A stretch of DNA of 38,623 bases from an uncultured Atopostipes sp. (GTDB lineage Bacteria; Bacillota; Bacilli; Lactobacillales; Carnobacteriaceae_A): NCBI GenBank assembly GCA_947296835.1, contig CAMYQS010000001.1, positions 1 to 38,623 on the forward strand. Reading direction: 5' to 3'. Made by a program: the position numbers and the translations under genes. The first letter of the stretch is position 1; each line of letters starts with the position of its first letter. Shown piece by piece: positions 27,557 to 37,337 of the stretch. Below the pieces are notes generated by a model. The model saw only the letters and a program-made list of their open reading frames with translations, made no database searches and was not told where the DNA came from.

Positions 27557-28618
27557 TTATTTTTCGATGTAGTCTTTTCCAGCTACTTTACGTGCTGCTT
27601 CCCATAAACCTGATAGGTAAGTTGCGCCTAGTGCTCGGTCATATAAACCGTATCCTGGACGACCTGTTTCTCCCCATACCATACGACCGTGGTCTGGACG
27701 GATTGCGCCTTCCCAGTCGTAGTCACTTAGAGCTTTAACCACTTCGTACATATCAATTGAACCGTACTCTGAAGGGTGCGCTGATTCTTCGAATGAACGA
27801 CCTTCACCGTATAGTTTAATGTTACGAGCGTGCATGAAGTTTACACGTTTGCGCTCTAATGCATAGCGCAGAATGTCAATTGTGTCGTTTTTAGGATCTG
27901 ATGCGTATGAACCAACACACATTGTAATTCCGTTATTTGGACTATCAACGATGTTTAAGAAGCGCTCTACTGCATCTTTACCTGTAATAATTCTTGGTAA
28001 ACCGAAGATTGAGTAAGGAGGGTCATCCGGGTGGATAGCCATCTTCACGCCTGCTTCTTCAGCAACCGGAATAATCCGTTCGATAAAGTACGTTAAGTTA
28101 TCCCATAAGTCTTCCGTACTAACATTTTCATATTGGTCCATGATTTCGTTCATTTCTTCAGATGAGTAACTTTCGTCCCAACCTGGTAATGATAACGTAC
28201 GTGGGTCCATTTTCTTAACTTCTTCTTCGTCGAAGATTAAAGCATTTGAGCCATCTTCTAATTCGTAAGCTAAGTCTGAACGTGTCCAGTCAAATACTGG
28301 CATAAAGTTGTAACATACTGTTTCAATTCCAGCTTTACCTAAGTTGCGGATTGTTTGTGCGTAGTTTTCGATTAATTGGTCACGAGTATCTAGACCTAAT
28401 TTAATGTCTTCTGGCACAGGCACTGATTCAATAACTGATAGTTCTAAACCAGCATCTTCAACCGTTTTCTTTAATGTTTCAATTCTTTCTAAAGGCCAAA
28501 CTTCACCTACTGGAATATCATAAATCGCTGAAACAATACCTCTCATTGTTGGGATCTGACGAATGTTTTCTAAGGTTACTGGGTCATCTTCGCCATACCA
28601 TCTAAAAGTCATATACAT
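27557..28618 (-). CDS. uxuA: Mannonate dehydratase
   Basis: MTFRWYG, CYNFMPVFDWTRSDL, AIHPDDPP, IRPDHGR, PGYGLYDRALG. Start moved to 28618 (AAGGAG RBS). Confidence 0.95.
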   Translation of the reverse strand: MYMTFRWYGEDDPVTLENIRQIPTMRGIVSAIYDIPVGEVWPLERIETLKKTVEDAGLELSVIESVPVPEDIKLGLDTRDQLIENYAQTIRNLGKAGIETVCYNFMPVFDWTRSDLAYELEDGSNALIFDEEEVKKMDPRTLSLPGWDESYSSEEMNEIMDQYENVSTEDLWDNLTYFIERIIPVAEEAGVKMAIHPDDPPYSIFGLPRIITGKDAVERFLNIVDSPNNGITMCVGSYASDPKNDTIDILRYALERKRVNFMHARNIKLYGEGRSFEESAHPSEYGSIDMYEVVKALSDYDWEGAIRPDHGRMVWGETGRPGYGLYDRALGATYLSGLWEAARKVAGKDYIEK

Positions 28619-28658
28619 AAATTTAGTGCTCCTTTTTATCATTTTTATTTGTTATTCA

Positions 28659-29285
28659 TTAGTTTAATTTTGAAACAAATTCCTTCGCATTATCAGTAAC
28701 TGCAGCGTAGCCTTTTTCGTCCACACCTTTACTTAATGCGCTTCCAACTCCAACCGCAACTGCACCTTTAGCTTTCCAGTCAGCGATGTTTTCTAAACCA
28801 ACACCACCTGAAGGCATTAATTGTGCTTCTGGGATTGGCCCGTGAACGTCTTTGATGAAACCTGATCCTAAAATACCACCTGGGAAAACTTTGATGATTT
28901 CACATCCAGCCTTCATTGCATTCACAACTTCCGTAACGGTACCTGAACCTGGCATGTAATGCGTGCCAACTTCGTTTGCATATGCTGCAATTTCGGCGTC
29001 AAAATGTGGACTAACTAAGAATTCTACTCCAGCTTCGTGCGCTTCTTTTGCTAAGTCTAAAGACATTACTGTTCCTGCTCCGACAACTACGGTATCATCG
29101 TTTTTGTACTCTTCAACTAAGTCTTTCATAACCTTAGCTGCGTTTGGTGTACTGAATGTTAATTCAATATTTTTTATTCCACCAGCAACTGCTGCTTTAG
29201 AAATTTCAAAACCGTCTTCTTCCGTTTTACCTCGGATAACTGCAAAGATATAATTCTCTTTTAGTGTGTTTAGAACATTTGACAT
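28659..29285 (-). CDS. eda: KDPG/KHG aldolase
   Basis: AVIRG, IELTF, VGAGTV, FLVSPH, IKVFPG, MPSGGV. Confidence 0.92.
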   Translation of the reverse strand: MSNVLNTLKENYIFAVIRGKTEEDGFEISKAAVAGGIKNIELTFSTPNAAKVMKDLVEEYKNDDTVVVGAGTVMSLDLAKEAHEAGVEFLVSPHFDAEIAAYANEVGTHYMPGSGTVTEVVNAMKAGCEIIKVFPGGILGSGFIKDVHGPIPEAQLMPSGGVGLENIADWKAKGAVAVGVGSALSKGVDEKGYAAVTDNAKEFVSKLN

Positions 29286-29305
29286 TCGACATTTCCTCCT
29301 TGTGT

Positions 29306-29334
29306 ATAGATGATTTTCGCAATCATCTGATGAC
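29306..29334. promoter_or_regulatory. Putative GntR/FadR operator upstream of eda
   Basis: Palindrome TCATCTGATGA (29323-29333) plus half-site ATAGATGAT. The same motif recurs upstream of the regulator. Confidence 0.6.
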
Positions 29335-29368
29335 TTACTTATAACCTAACACATCTTCTATTTTAAAA

Positions 29369-30103
29369 CTAGTTTTTATCATTTTTTTCAATTGATTTTT
29401 CGCCGGATGTTGCTTTTGCTGTCTTATTTTTTCGATTGACTTCTAATTGACGTTGGTTATCTGCGATATGTGCTTGCATCGCATACTTCGCCTGAAATGG
29501 ATTCTGACCCCGAATTCCTTCTACAATCTCACGATGAGCTTGAATTGTTTCTGCTTTACTCTGATTGTTCGTGTAGTAACTATTATATAACGTAATTGAT
29601 TGGTTAATCACAGGGATTAAATGCCCCATCGCTATATTTCCACTCATGTCAGCGATGATTGAATGAAACTCTATATCCAACTCAAAGTGTAACCCATCTG
29701 AGGTTTCCATCGCTTCTTCAATTTCACGACTGATTTGTTCTAAATATGCTAATTGCTCTTCTGTACGGTTGTAAGCAGCTAGCATCGCTACCTCAGGTTC
29801 TAATACATAACGTAGGGCGAATAAATCTTCTGTTAATTTTAACGTGTCTTCCACAAAAGCAAACCCTAGCGGATCCTCTGAAATCCCTGTGTTTTCACTC
29901 ACATAAGTACCTGATCCTTGTCGAACTTCTAAGATATTTCGAGAAACTAAAGAACGTACCGCTTCACGTATCGTGCTCCTACCCACTTCAAGAGTAGTGG
30001 CTAATTCGTACTCGTTTGGTAGTTTATCTCCTGTCGATAAGTCCTCACTTGTTATGAATTTTATGATGGCATCTGCCGTTCTTTCAACTAATGGTCGTTG
30101 CAA
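29369..30103 (-). CDS. FadR/GntR-family regulator of eda-uxuA
   Basis: GDKLPNEYELA...VGRSTIREAV...VRQGSGTYV plus FCD domain (LDIEFH, GN). TTG start behind GAGGAGG. Confidence 0.9.
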   Translation of the reverse strand: MQRPLVERTADAIIKFITSEDLSTGDKLPNEYELATTLEVGRSTIREAVRSLVSRNILEVRQGSGTYVSENTGISEDPLGFAFVEDTLKLTEDLFALRYVLEPEVAMLAAYNRTEEQLAYLEQISREIEEAMETSDGLHFELDIEFHSIIADMSGNIAMGHLIPVINQSITLYNSYYTNNQSKAETIQAHREIVEGIRGQNPFQAKYAMQAHIADNQRQLEVNRKNKTAKATSGEKSIEKNDKN

Positions 30104-30122
30104 ATTATACCTCCTCACAAAA

Positions 30123-30134
30123 GTCATCCGATGT
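30123..30134. promoter_or_regulatory. Putative autoregulatory operator
   Basis: GTCATCCGATGT, matching the eda operator. Confidence 0.55.
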
Positions 30135-30269
30135 TTCAGTTTTATTATAACTTATTATTAAAAGGCTTACAATTAAGAAATGGTATTTTTTCGACTTTTT
30201 TGGTATTTCAAGACGATTCTTTTTTTGAAATGAATTCGATTACATCCTTTTACAGGTTAGAAACCTTGT

Positions 30270-31340
30270 CTATTCACGGACTGGGGCCCTTTCAATACGA
30301 GCCGCTTCTTTTTGTGCCGTTAAAGATAGTTGATGCACAGTAAAGACATGGTCTTGCGTCATCGCTCGTTCTGTTCGATGAATACAATCAAAAATCATTT
30401 CTTTGTAAAATGAAATCCCTACTTGCCCCGTTAATTGAAAATGTTCTACTTCATCTTGAGTCACTAAGAATAAATGATCTTTTGTATCATCTATACCCAC
30501 ATTTAAATATTTACGAATTTCAATTGAGCCTTTGGTCCCGGTAATGAATAGTCGCCCATCTCCCCAAGTTGGTAAGCCATCTGGTGTAAACCAATGAACT
30601 GTGAAGAAACCTGTCGCACCATTCTCACCTATTAAGGTCGCATCCCCATAATCATCCAGTTCTGGCTTATCTGGATTGGCATAATTTCCAATTTTACTAT
30701 GTAAGATTTTCGCACTTTTATTCCCCGTATAGAATAAAAACTGTTCAATCTGATGAGTCCCAATATCCGCTAAGATACCACCATACTGCTCGCGATTAAA
30801 AAACCAATCCGGCCGTTTTTCTTTTCGTAAACGATGTGGACCAAATCCGGTGACCTGTATGACATCCCCGATTTTGCCTTCCTTGATTAATTGTCCGGCA
30901 TATAGTGCACTCTCTATATTTACGCGCTCATTAAAGTACACAAAGTATTTTTGACCCGTTTCTTTTACAACCCGTCTCGTTTCGGCTAATTGTTCGAGTG
31001 TTGTAAAACCAGTTTTATCTGTGAAATAATCCTTACCTGCGTACATTACACGATTACCGAGCTTACTTCTTAGATTTGGAATCTCAGCAGCTGCAACTAA
31101 CTGGATGGAATCATCTTCTAAGATTTGCTCAAGTGACTTCGCAATTTCTGTATCTGGAAAGTAACGTTTAAATTTCGCCACTTGCTTTGGATCCGAATCA
31201 TAGACGTATTTCACCGTTGCGCCTGCATCAACTAAACCCTGTGTCATGCCATGTATATGACCATGTTTCAAACCAGTCACACCGATGTTGAAAGTGCCTG
31301 GTTCTATTATTTTATCGACCAATCGAAATGCTCCCTTCAT
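30270..31340 (-). CDS. Gfo/Idh/MocA family oxidoreductase
   Basis: IGVTGLKHGHI, GKDYFTDK, YGGILADIGTHQIEQF, WFTPDGL.TWGDGR. The start may be the TTG at about 31323. Confidence 0.9.
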   Translation of the reverse strand: MKGAFRLVDKIIEPGTFNIGVTGLKHGHIHGMTQGLVDAGATVKYVYDSDPKQVAKFKRYFPDTEIAKSLEQILEDDSIQLVAAAEIPNLRSKLGNRVMYAGKDYFTDKTGFTTLEQLAETRRVVKETGQKYFVYFNERVNIESALYAGQLIKEGKIGDVIQVTGFGPHRLRKEKRPDWFFNREQYGGILADIGTHQIEQFLFYTGNKSAKILHSKIGNYANPDKPELDDYGDATLIGENGATGFFTVHWFTPDGLPTWGDGRLFITGTKGSIEIRKYLNVGIDDTKDHLFLVTQDEVEHFQLTGQVGISFYKEMIFDCIHRTERAMTQDHVFTVHQLSLTAQKEAARIERAPVRE

Positions 31341-31465
31341 TTTACAATCTAGTTCGTGTCTTTATTTTACCCTATCCATATCGGCTTTTGAAAAGATTAC
31401 CCTATTCTTTTTCTCGAGTCCTTCTATATAAGGACACTTGCCGTTTAAAAGAGTTGAAATAACTA

Positions 31466-31560
31466 TTGACAGCGATAGTGTACCAAGTATATAATACACT
31501 CAACAATTAAATGTGGCGTCAGAATTTTTTTGACCATGGTGTATTAACCACTTAATACAC
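31466..31560 (+). promoter_or_regulatory. SigA promoter with two YtrA-type operators
   Basis: TTGACA(31466)-18 bp-TATAAT(31490). Operators AGTGTAccaagtatataaTACACT (31477-31500) and GTGTATTAaccactTAATACAC (31539-31560). Confidence 0.85.
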
Positions 31561-31597
31561 TATGCAGATTAACCGCCTACTAAAGGAGTGAACTTTT

Positions 31598-31990
31598 GTG
31601 AGGAGACAGTTTAATCAACGGGATCCAATTTATTTGCAGCTGATTGATTATTTCAGAGAGAAGCTTGTAAGTAACCAGTTCAAACCCGGTGAAGAATTAC
31701 CTTCACGACGGGAGATTGCACGTCAATTCAACATTAACCCAAACACGGTCCAGCGAGCATTCAGCGAAATGGAAGAAATGAGTTGGATTTACACAGAGCC
31801 ACATCGGCCAAGTCGTGTCACACAAAATACAGAGTTGATACAAAAAATAAAAAAAGATTTTGTTCGTCGAGCAGTTGAAACATTCGTATCATCGATTCAA
31901 ACAATCGACATCTCATATGAAGAAGTTACAGAATTAGTTGAAAAAGAACTCTCGAAAAGAAATTACCCAAATGGAGGGATTAAGAAATGA
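31598..31990 (+). CDS. YtrA-subfamily GntR repressor
   Basis: PIYLQL...GEELPSRREIA...INPNTVQRAF, short C-terminus, first gene of an ABC operon. Confidence 0.9.
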   Translation: MRRQFNQRDPIYLQLIDYFREKLVSNQFKPGEELPSRREIARQFNINPNTVQRAFSEMEEMSWIYTEPHRPSRVTQNTELIQKIKKDFVRRAVETFVSSIQTIDISYEEVTELVEKELSKRNYPNGGIKK

Positions 31991-32715
31991 TCGAATTAAT
32001 CGATGTACACAAAAAATATGGTCGTAAAAAAGTACTAGACGGGATTAATTTCACAGTGCCTAAAGGTGAAATTAGTACCCTAATCGGAGTGAACGGTGTT
32101 GGTAAAACAACGATTCTAAACCACATCATGAACTTACAGCCTGTTACAAAAGGTGAAATTTTAATTGATGGTGAAAAACACCACCCAGGAATTTATGACA
32201 AAGTATCCTTTATTCCAGATGCAGCCATTACACTACCTGAAATGCGTATCCGTGAAGCAATGGATTTTATGGGGTCATTTTACGAAACGTGGAATAAAAA
32301 GCGTGCTGAAGAGATGCTTGGTTTCTTCCGACTAAATAAAGACGATAAAATCAAGACTCTATCAAAAGGTAACGTGGCTAAGGTAAACTTGTTACTCGGA
32401 TTAGCTTTAGATGTAGACTACGTTTTAATGGACGAGCCGTTTTCAGGAATTGACATTTTCACCCGTGAACAAATTTCAGAAGTTTTTACATCTTACTTAG
32501 TTGAAAATAAAGGTGTATTAATTACAACGCATGAAATTAATGAAATTGAATTTATCGTAGACCGTGCCATTTTAATGGACGAAGGTAAAATCTTACGTGA
32601 ATTCAACGTGGAAGAGATTCGCGAAACGGAAGGTAAATCAATTATTGATATTATGCGCGATGTTTACTCACCTTATTCCGACCGTATCAGCAATTACGAG
32701 TTTGACAAACAATGA
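31987..32715 (+). CDS. ABC exporter ATP-binding subunit
   Basis: GVNGVGKTT Walker A, LSKG signature, LMDEP. Confidence 0.93.
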   Translation: MIELIDVHKKYGRKKVLDGINFTVPKGEISTLIGVNGVGKTTILNHIMNLQPVTKGEILIDGEKHHPGIYDKVSFIPDAAITLPEMRIREAMDFMGSFYETWNKKRAEEMLGFFRLNKDDKIKTLSKGNVAKVNLLLGLALDVDYVLMDEPFSGIDIFTREQISEVFTSYLVENKGVLITTHEINEIEFIVDRAILMDEGKILREFNVEEIRETEGKSIIDIMRDVYSPYSDRISNYEFDKQ

Positions 32716-33548
32716 CCAAGGGGGCTTTTAAGATGATAAAATTTATCCGTTTATTGGAATTTGAACTCGGACGTTTCCTACGTTTCTTAATTCCAGCAAT
32801 TGTTTTATCTGCAGTGATTCAATTTATTGCATTATTTGATACGATTACTAATTATAATGCTTATTTAAAAGAGTCGCTGGAATCCAATGTGCCAATGCAA
32901 CAGTTCAGTATGCATGATGTGACAGGTAGTGGGTTATTTCCAGTAGCGATTCTAATCGTTCCCCTACTCTTTGTCTTTTATAGTTTGTTTACTTGGTATC
33001 GTGAATGGTTAGGAAAGAATACATTCATCTACCGATTACTGATGTTACCGATTAATCGGATGTCGATCTTTTTCTCAAAAGCGATCACTTTTTTAATTGG
33101 TGGACTTCTCGCATTCCTGACTCAATTTGGTCTTTATGCTATTATTTTTGTGATTTTCGAAAACGCCATACAGCCAGAATATTTTACAGCTTTAAATATT
33201 CACAATGTGCAACCCCCTTATGAAATGATTCAACTAACCCTGTTCCCCACGACTAGCTTTGAGTTTTTACACATATACGGTTTTGCCTTTGCGGCCTTAC
33301 TTGCTTTATTCACAGCGATTCTGATGGAAAGAAGCTTCAGTGTCAAAGGAGCAATTGGTGGAATTATTTATTTCATCGCTTATTTTGTCGGTTATTTCTA
33401 TATTAGTGCGCTTAACTCAATTGATTCAATGCCTTGGATTATAAAACCAAGCCACATCTTCTTAATGCAGGGTGCTTACATCCTACTTATGATGGTGATT
33501 AGTGCGTTAATTAGTCATTTACTATTGAAAAATAAAGTGAGAGTCTAA
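32712..33548 (+). CDS. ABC-2 type permease
   Basis: About 6 TM segments, WYREWLGKNTFIYRLLMLP motif, coupled to the ATPase. Confidence 0.8.
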   Translation: MTKGAFKMIKFIRLLEFELGRFLRFLIPAIVLSAVIQFIALFDTITNYNAYLKESLESNVPMQQFSMHDVTGSGLFPVAILIVPLLFVFYSLFTWYREWLGKNTFIYRLLMLPINRMSIFFSKAITFLIGGLLAFLTQFGLYAIIFVIFENAIQPEYFTALNIHNVQPPYEMIQLTLFPTTSFEFLHIYGFAFAALLALFTAILMERSFSVKGAIGGIIYFIAYFVGYFYISALNSIDSMPWIIKPSHIFLMQGAYILLMMVISALISHLLLKNKVRV

Positions 33549-33560
33549 AGGAGGATAAAC

Positions 33561-34736
33561 ATGCGTTATTTAAAATTAAGTATTAGTTTAATTCTGAGTG
33601 TGATCGGTCTTGCAGTGTATTTTGTAACGGTTCCTCAAATTGATGAAGACGAACTCGTTCATCTTACAGTACAAGCTGGAAATGAAGAAATTCTAGATGA
33701 TTATTCTTTCAATGGCTATATTTATAATTACAGTTCTTTTAGCTTAACGAATGAGGACATCCTTGTTCCGGCAAATCTTCCTTATCTAGAGATGCTAGAT
33801 GCAAGAGAAGAAATGGAAATCATGATGCTGAAAGAAACGTATCCTGATTTTGTAAATAAATTGGCTTATGGAACGAACACATACTCGTACCTCATTTCAG
33901 CCGATGAAGAGTACTTAACTTCAGCACACTTTGAATACCAAAGTAATGTGTTTTCAGAAATTTATTCAAAATTACAGTTTAGAGCCTTGAATAAAGAAAC
34001 GAATAAAATCGAAGAAGACTTCGTAACACGTGAACTTGGATCAAATATTTTTTATGCAAGTATTGTAGGAATCAACGAAAACTACCCTGTTGTTGACGTA
34101 TTAATCGACACGCGTCTATCCAATCATTCTAATGAGAATTTTGAAGTAAGTGAACTTTCTCTTATTTCATATAACTTTGAAACAAAAAACATGACAGAAA
34201 CTGTCTTACTTAAAACACCAGATTATATTGAACCCGTTGTATATACAGCGGTACACCACAACGAATCGATACAAGCTTTCCGTTCTTTTGATTCAGAAAC
34301 AAGTGAAGAAGTGAGTTACTTAGTCGATTATGACAAAGATGCCATAATCAAACGAGAAGCAGCTGGTGAAAGATTAATCGTAAGTGATGACAGTCGATTA
34401 TATAGTATCGTTGATACAACTTTAGTTGAATATGATAAAACAAGTCAAGAAAAAGTTAGTGCAGTTGATTTAACAATGGACTTCAAAGAAAATAAAAATA
34501 TGGATTTTGCAATGAATGAGTTGTTTATTTTAGATGGTAAATTATTCGTCCTGAACAATAACGAAATAGAAGATGACTCAGAAAGAAATCAAATTAGACC
34601 AACAGATCTCGTTGTTTATGCTATTTCAACAGGTGAGATTTTAGTGGAAGGTCAATTCACTTACGGCGGAACGGAGCAAGTAGGTGCGTGGGCGGCAAGT
34701 ATTGATCAGATTAAACAAAGCCCAACTAAAGACTGA
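33561..34736 (+). CDS. Membrane-anchored extracellular hypothetical protein (ABC accessory)
   Basis: AGGAGG RBS, N-terminal TM, acidic soluble domain, same operon. Confidence 0.7.
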   Translation: MRYLKLSISLILSVIGLAVYFVTVPQIDEDELVHLTVQAGNEEILDDYSFNGYIYNYSSFSLTNEDILVPANLPYLEMLDAREEMEIMMLKETYPDFVNKLAYGTNTYSYLISADEEYLTSAHFEYQSNVFSEIYSKLQFRALNKETNKIEEDFVTRELGSNIFYASIVGINENYPVVDVLIDTRLSNHSNENFEVSELSLISYNFETKNMTETVLLKTPDYIEPVVYTAVHHNESIQAFRSFDSETSEEVSYLVDYDKDAIIKREAAGERLIVSDDSRLYSIVDTTLVEYDKTSQEKVSAVDLTMDFKENKNMDFAMNELFILDGKLFVLNNNEIEDDSERNQIRPTDLVVYAISTGEILVEGQFTYGGTEQVGAWAASIDQIKQSPTKD

Positions 34737-34799
34737 TGCATGATGCTTGATGTCTTGTTAAAATAAGAGTAGGTTTAACAGACAGAGAGAGGTGTTCCC

Positions 34800-35282
34800 A
34801 TGGATTTTATCTTATGGCTTATTGTATTACTTTTATTCGGACTTAGTTTTGTAGCCCTTATTTATCCCGTTTTACCAAGTGTAACCGCGGTATGGGCAGG
34901 ATTTTTAATCTATCACTTTTTCATTAACTCCAGTGAGTTGACCGCATTCTTTTGGATCGTGATGGTCATATTAACCATCATACTGACTTTGGCCGATATA
35001 TTTGCCAGTTCCCTATCGGTGAAAAAATACGGTGGGAGTTCGGTCGGTGAAAAAGGAGCAGCTTTATCCGTTATCGTTGGGTCTTTTATCTTTCCACCTT
35101 TTGGAATTATTATCTTACCTTTTATCGTCGTACTCATTCTTGAAATGCGACAAGGTCGATCAATCCAAGAGTCCTTACGTGCATCAATTGGCTCAGTGGT
35201 CGGATTTCTAACGGGACAACTAGCAGAAGCAGCCATTCAACTCGCAATGATTATATGGTTTTTCTTTACCATATGGTTTTAA
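34800..35282 (+). CDS. DUF456 (YqgC-like) membrane protein
   Basis: ALIYPVLP...KKYGGS...IVGSFIFPPFGIIILPF. Confidence 0.85.
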   Translation: MDFILWLIVLLLFGLSFVALIYPVLPSVTAVWAGFLIYHFFINSSELTAFFWIVMVILTIILTLADIFASSLSVKKYGGSSVGEKGAALSVIVGSFIFPPFGIIILPFIVVLILEMRQGRSIQESLRASIGSVVGFLTGQLAEAAIQLAMIIWFFFTIWF

Positions 35283-35299
35283 TTTAAGCGATATAAAGC

Positions 35300-35332
35300 A
35301 AAAAGCAGCCCGAGGCATGGGCTGCTTTTTTT
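35300..35332 (+). terminator. Intrinsic terminator
   Basis: AAAAAGCAGCCC-GAGGCAT-GGGCTGCTTTTTTT. Confidence 0.88.
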
Positions 35333-35598
35333 CATATGGCGTAAATAGTGTTCGAGGATGATAGTCGGGAGGATTATCAGCACTATTTACAGGTTATAAA
35401 TCAGAGATACAATAATATGTTTTAAGGGTATATCGTTTTCGAGAGGCCCTCTTTCTATGTACACCTATAGATTACGCAGTAACTTTTTTAAAAGTGGGGT
35501 AATGGGAAAAGTATTTCATTAAAATTGTATATTCATATAAAAGATTCATATAAAAGAGATTCGTGGTAATATGAATAAAAGCGGTTTCGGAGGAAAAA

Positions 35599-36228
35599 AT
35601 GAAGCAAAAAACACAAGATTATCTTATATTATTTGTTAGTATTTTAATTGTTGGGTTTGCGATTACCTTAATTACTAAGGCTCAGCTTGGCGCAACAGCG
35701 GTCACAAGCTTGGCTTTTGTGATCAGTCAGCTATCTGGATTGAGTTTCGGGATGATGACCGGTTTGTTTAATCTTATCTATGTGCTTTTACAAATCGCGA
35801 TTCAGAGAAAAGCTTTTCCTAAAATTCAATTGTTCCAAATTGGCGTATCTTTTATTTTAGGTTTTGCGGTCGATTTTGCGAATTATCTTTTTCAACATGT
35901 ATTACCTGAAACGTACATTCAACAATTATTGATTTTATTAATTGGTTGTGTGGTTTTGGGATTCGGTGTGTTCTTACAATTGAAAGCAGCGAAAGTTTAT
36001 AATCCTGCGGAAGGTATTGTCAATGTAATAGCGGATGTGATGAATCGTCCATTTGGTGTCGTGAAGACGGTATTTGATGTGACACTTGTCATTTTAGCTG
36101 TGTTACTGGGACTTAGTGTGACCGGTAGTGTCATTGGTGTACGCGAAGGAACGATTATCTCTGCATTAATTATTGGACCTATTATTGGTGTCTTTCAAAA
36201 GCTTGCCAATAAATTGGCTGAGACATAA
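35599..36228 (+). CDS. YczE/YyaS/YitT family membrane protein
   Basis: KAQLG...GLSFG...P.EG...K..FD...GVREGTIISALIIGPII. Confidence 0.85.
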   Translation: MKQKTQDYLILFVSILIVGFAITLITKAQLGATAVTSLAFVISQLSGLSFGMMTGLFNLIYVLLQIAIQRKAFPKIQLFQIGVSFILGFAVDFANYLFQHVLPETYIQQLLILLIGCVVLGFGVFLQLKAAKVYNPAEGIVNVIADVMNRPFGVVKTVFDVTLVILAVLLGLSVTGSVIGVREGTIISALIIGPIIGVFQKLANKLAET

Positions 36229-36320
36229 TCTCCAATCGGGTTTGTTGTTTGAAAAGAAACCCTTGTGGTATATTTTAGACGAAGGACTATACAGTAAAAA
36301 ACTAGAAAGTTGGAAATAAA

Positions 36321-37322
36321 ATGAAAAAAGCGCTCTTTGTGTTATCTGATTTTATGTTTGAGAAATGCTATGACGAAGCGACTTTGAAATTAATTCATGC
36401 GAATTTTGACGTCATCGGCGAAAATATTACCAAAACAAATTACAAAAATAATCTTGAATCCTTTAAAGATGTCGAAGTGATTTTTTCAGGAATGGGCTCT
36501 ATTGAGTATAGTGAAGAAATCATGGCTATTTCACCGAACTTAGAAGCGATTTTCTATGCAGCTGGATCGATGAAATCTCTACTAACGGATAAAGTTTGGG
36601 AGCAAGGCGTGACAATTTCGACTGCGAATAGTGCCAATGCGATTCCCGTGGCTGAATTCACCCTTAGCCAAATTATATTCTCACTAAAAGACGGTTGGAA
36701 ATTTGTCCGTGAAACGAGAGCAAACCGTGGTAAACCGGATGGCGTGATTGTTCATGAAACGCCTGGAGCTTATAATCAAACGGTTGGTATTATTTCACTT
36801 AGCCAAATTGGACGCAAAACAATTGAGTTATTAAAACCTTTTGATTTAGATATTATTGCGTACGACCCATTTATTGAAGAAGCAGAAGCTGAAAAACTAG
36901 GCGTTAAGCTCGTTGGATTAGATGAATTATTCGAACAAGCGGATGTCGTATCCCTACACGCCCCTTGGTTACCTGAAACAGAGAACATGATTACAGGTGA
37001 CCATTTCCGTAAAATGAAACACGGAACAAGCTTTATCAACACCGCTCGTGGCGCGATTGTAAATGAACCCGAAATGCTAGAGGCTCTACAAAAACGAACA
37101 GACTTGACCGCCGTTTTAGACGTAGTTTATCCAGAACCACCCGCAAAAGATTCTCTGATTTTTGAGTTAGATAACGTGGTATACACGCCGCATATTGCTG
37201 GTAGTACCGGTAAAGAATTGGCTCGTTTAGGTGCCTTGATGGCGGACGAAGCGATGCGTTATATTAACGACGAACCACTACAATATGAGATTACTAAAGA
37301 GGGCTACGAAATTATGGCTTAG
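36321..37322 (+). CDS. D-isomer-specific 2-hydroxyacid dehydrogenase
   Basis: NAIPVAEF, VSLHAP, FINTARG, LDVVYPEP, TPHIAG. Confidence 0.92.
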   Translation: MKKALFVLSDFMFEKCYDEATLKLIHANFDVIGENITKTNYKNNLESFKDVEVIFSGMGSIEYSEEIMAISPNLEAIFYAAGSMKSLLTDKVWEQGVTISTANSANAIPVAEFTLSQIIFSLKDGWKFVRETRANRGKPDGVIVHETPGAYNQTVGIISLSQIGRKTIELLKPFDLDIIAYDPFIEEAEAEKLGVKLVGLDELFEQADVVSLHAPWLPETENMITGDHFRKMKHGTSFINTARGAIVNEPEMLEALQKRTDLTAVLDVVYPEPPAKDSLIFELDNVVYTPHIAGSTGKELARLGALMADEAMRYINDEPLQYEITKEGYEIMA

Positions 37323-37337
37323 GAGGCTACTATATTT

